Of a stretch of 64,000 nt of DNA, positions 63,295 through 64,000 are shown one piece after another; position 1 is the first letter of the stretch; the number at the start of each line of letters is the position of its first letter. The stretch spans positions 4,882 through 68,881 of the forward strand of contig DATFWE010000042.1 in assembly GCA_035259575.1 (NCBI GenBank), given 5' to 3'. The notes beneath the pieces are model-generated. The model saw only the letters and a list, made by a program, of their open reading frames with translations, was not told the DNA's origin and searched no databases. A program made the translations under genes and the position numbers. This DNA comes from Haliangiales bacterium. GTDB taxonomy: Bacteria; Myxococcota_A; Polyangia; Haliangiales; SHYZ01.

Positions 63295-64000
63295 ATGAAC
63301 AGCTCAGGGACACTACGAGGAAAGTGTGCCGCGATCTTTGGCGCCGGAGGCTCGGTCGGTGCGGCCGTCGCCAAGGAGCTCGCGATGGAAGGCGCAGAAG
63401 TCTTTCTGTCCGGCCGGACGTTGTCGGGCGTGGAGGACGTGGCGCGGGCCATCGTATCGGCGGGCGGGCGGGCTCATGCGGAAGCGATAGACGCCCTCGA
63501 TGAGGCTGCCGTGAACGCGTACGTCGACCGCATCGTGAAGCAGACCGGGCGCCTCGACGTCGCATTCAATGCCGTCGGGCCGCGGGCGAGCGAGTACGGC
63601 AACGGCAAGCACGCCGTCGATCTGGCAACCGAGGAGTTCATGGTGCCGCTCACGACCATCGTCAGGTCGCAGTTCATCACCGCGCGGGCGGCCGCGCGCC
63701 AGATGGTGAAGCAACGTTCGGGCGTGGTCATCTTCCTGACCGGCAGCCCGGCGCGTGGTCACGTGGAAGGCGCGACGGCCATCGGCACTGCCTTCGGCGC
63801 GATCGAGACGTTCATGGAGAACCTGGCCGTCGAGATCTGCCCTCTCGGCGTCAGATCCGTGTGCCTTCGTACGACCGCGAACGCGGACAGCCGGACCATT
63901 CAGCAAACGGTCGACATCTTGGCGGCCAAGATGAACGTGCCCAGGGATCACATGATTGCCAGCCTCGCGAACATGAACCTCCTGAAGGTTCTCGCGAGCG
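63295..64000 (+). CDS. SDR-family oxidoreductase (3' end runs off the window)
   Basis: GGAGG SD; MNSSGTLRGKCAAIFGAGGSVGAAVAKELA..LDVAFNAVG; no stop before 64000. Confidence 0.88.
   Translation, partial: MNSSGTLRGKCAAIFGAGGSVGAAVAKELAMEGAEVFLSGRTLSGVEDVARAIVSAGGRAHAEAIDALDEAAVNAYVDRIVKQTGRLDVAFNAVGPRASEYGNGKHAVDLATEEFMVPLTTIVRSQFITARAAARQMVKQRSGVVIFLTGSPARGHVEGATAIGTAFGAIETFMENLAVEICPLGVRSVCLRTTANADSRTIQQTVDILAAKMNVPRDHMIASLANMNLLKVLAS

Overview
Very GC-rich, gene-dense bacterial window with about 55 CDS. No rRNA, tRNA, CRISPR array or transposase was recognised. Pro/Asp-rich lipoprotein linkers, a CcoN-CcoO fusion and many sigma54-type promoters suggest a Myxococcota-like host (inference). 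The left half (4-29 kb) is a respiratory supercluster. It contains a cbb3 oxidase operon (ccoI-S-NO-Q-P-G plus a DsbD_2-family gene) and a cytochrome c / Rieske / cytochrome b operon whose cyt b is fused to a 9-heme domain. It also contains a di-heme lipoprotein, hemN, and a seven-gene minus-strand operon resembling a complete trans-envelope electron conduit: NapC/NirT-like tetraheme, small membrane protein, mono-heme cyt c, 13-heme CxxxxCH-type lipoprotein, beta-barrel, 13-heme lipoprotein, OmcA/MtrC-like decaheme. I count 53 heme-c motifs between 14.3 and 27.2 kb. These units, plus USP/hemerythrin genes at 37 kb, share paired CGCA(A/G)-N3-(T/C)TGCG palindromes and sigma54 -24/-12 elements, many with the start codon only 14-16 nt after the -12 C. 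The right half is accessory. Notable items are a DUF3500-subclass B3 metallo-beta-lactamase fusion, a CoA ligase fused to an apparently circularly permuted crotonase, an orphan ribofuranosyltransferase-like protein, two PadR-permease modules, two chrB-like genes without chrA, an orphan phaB, a 98-bp relic of a second NapC gene, an S8 peptidase and a YciI-ECF sigma pair with a repeated promoter motif. All family calls come from motif recognition by eye; no database search was run.
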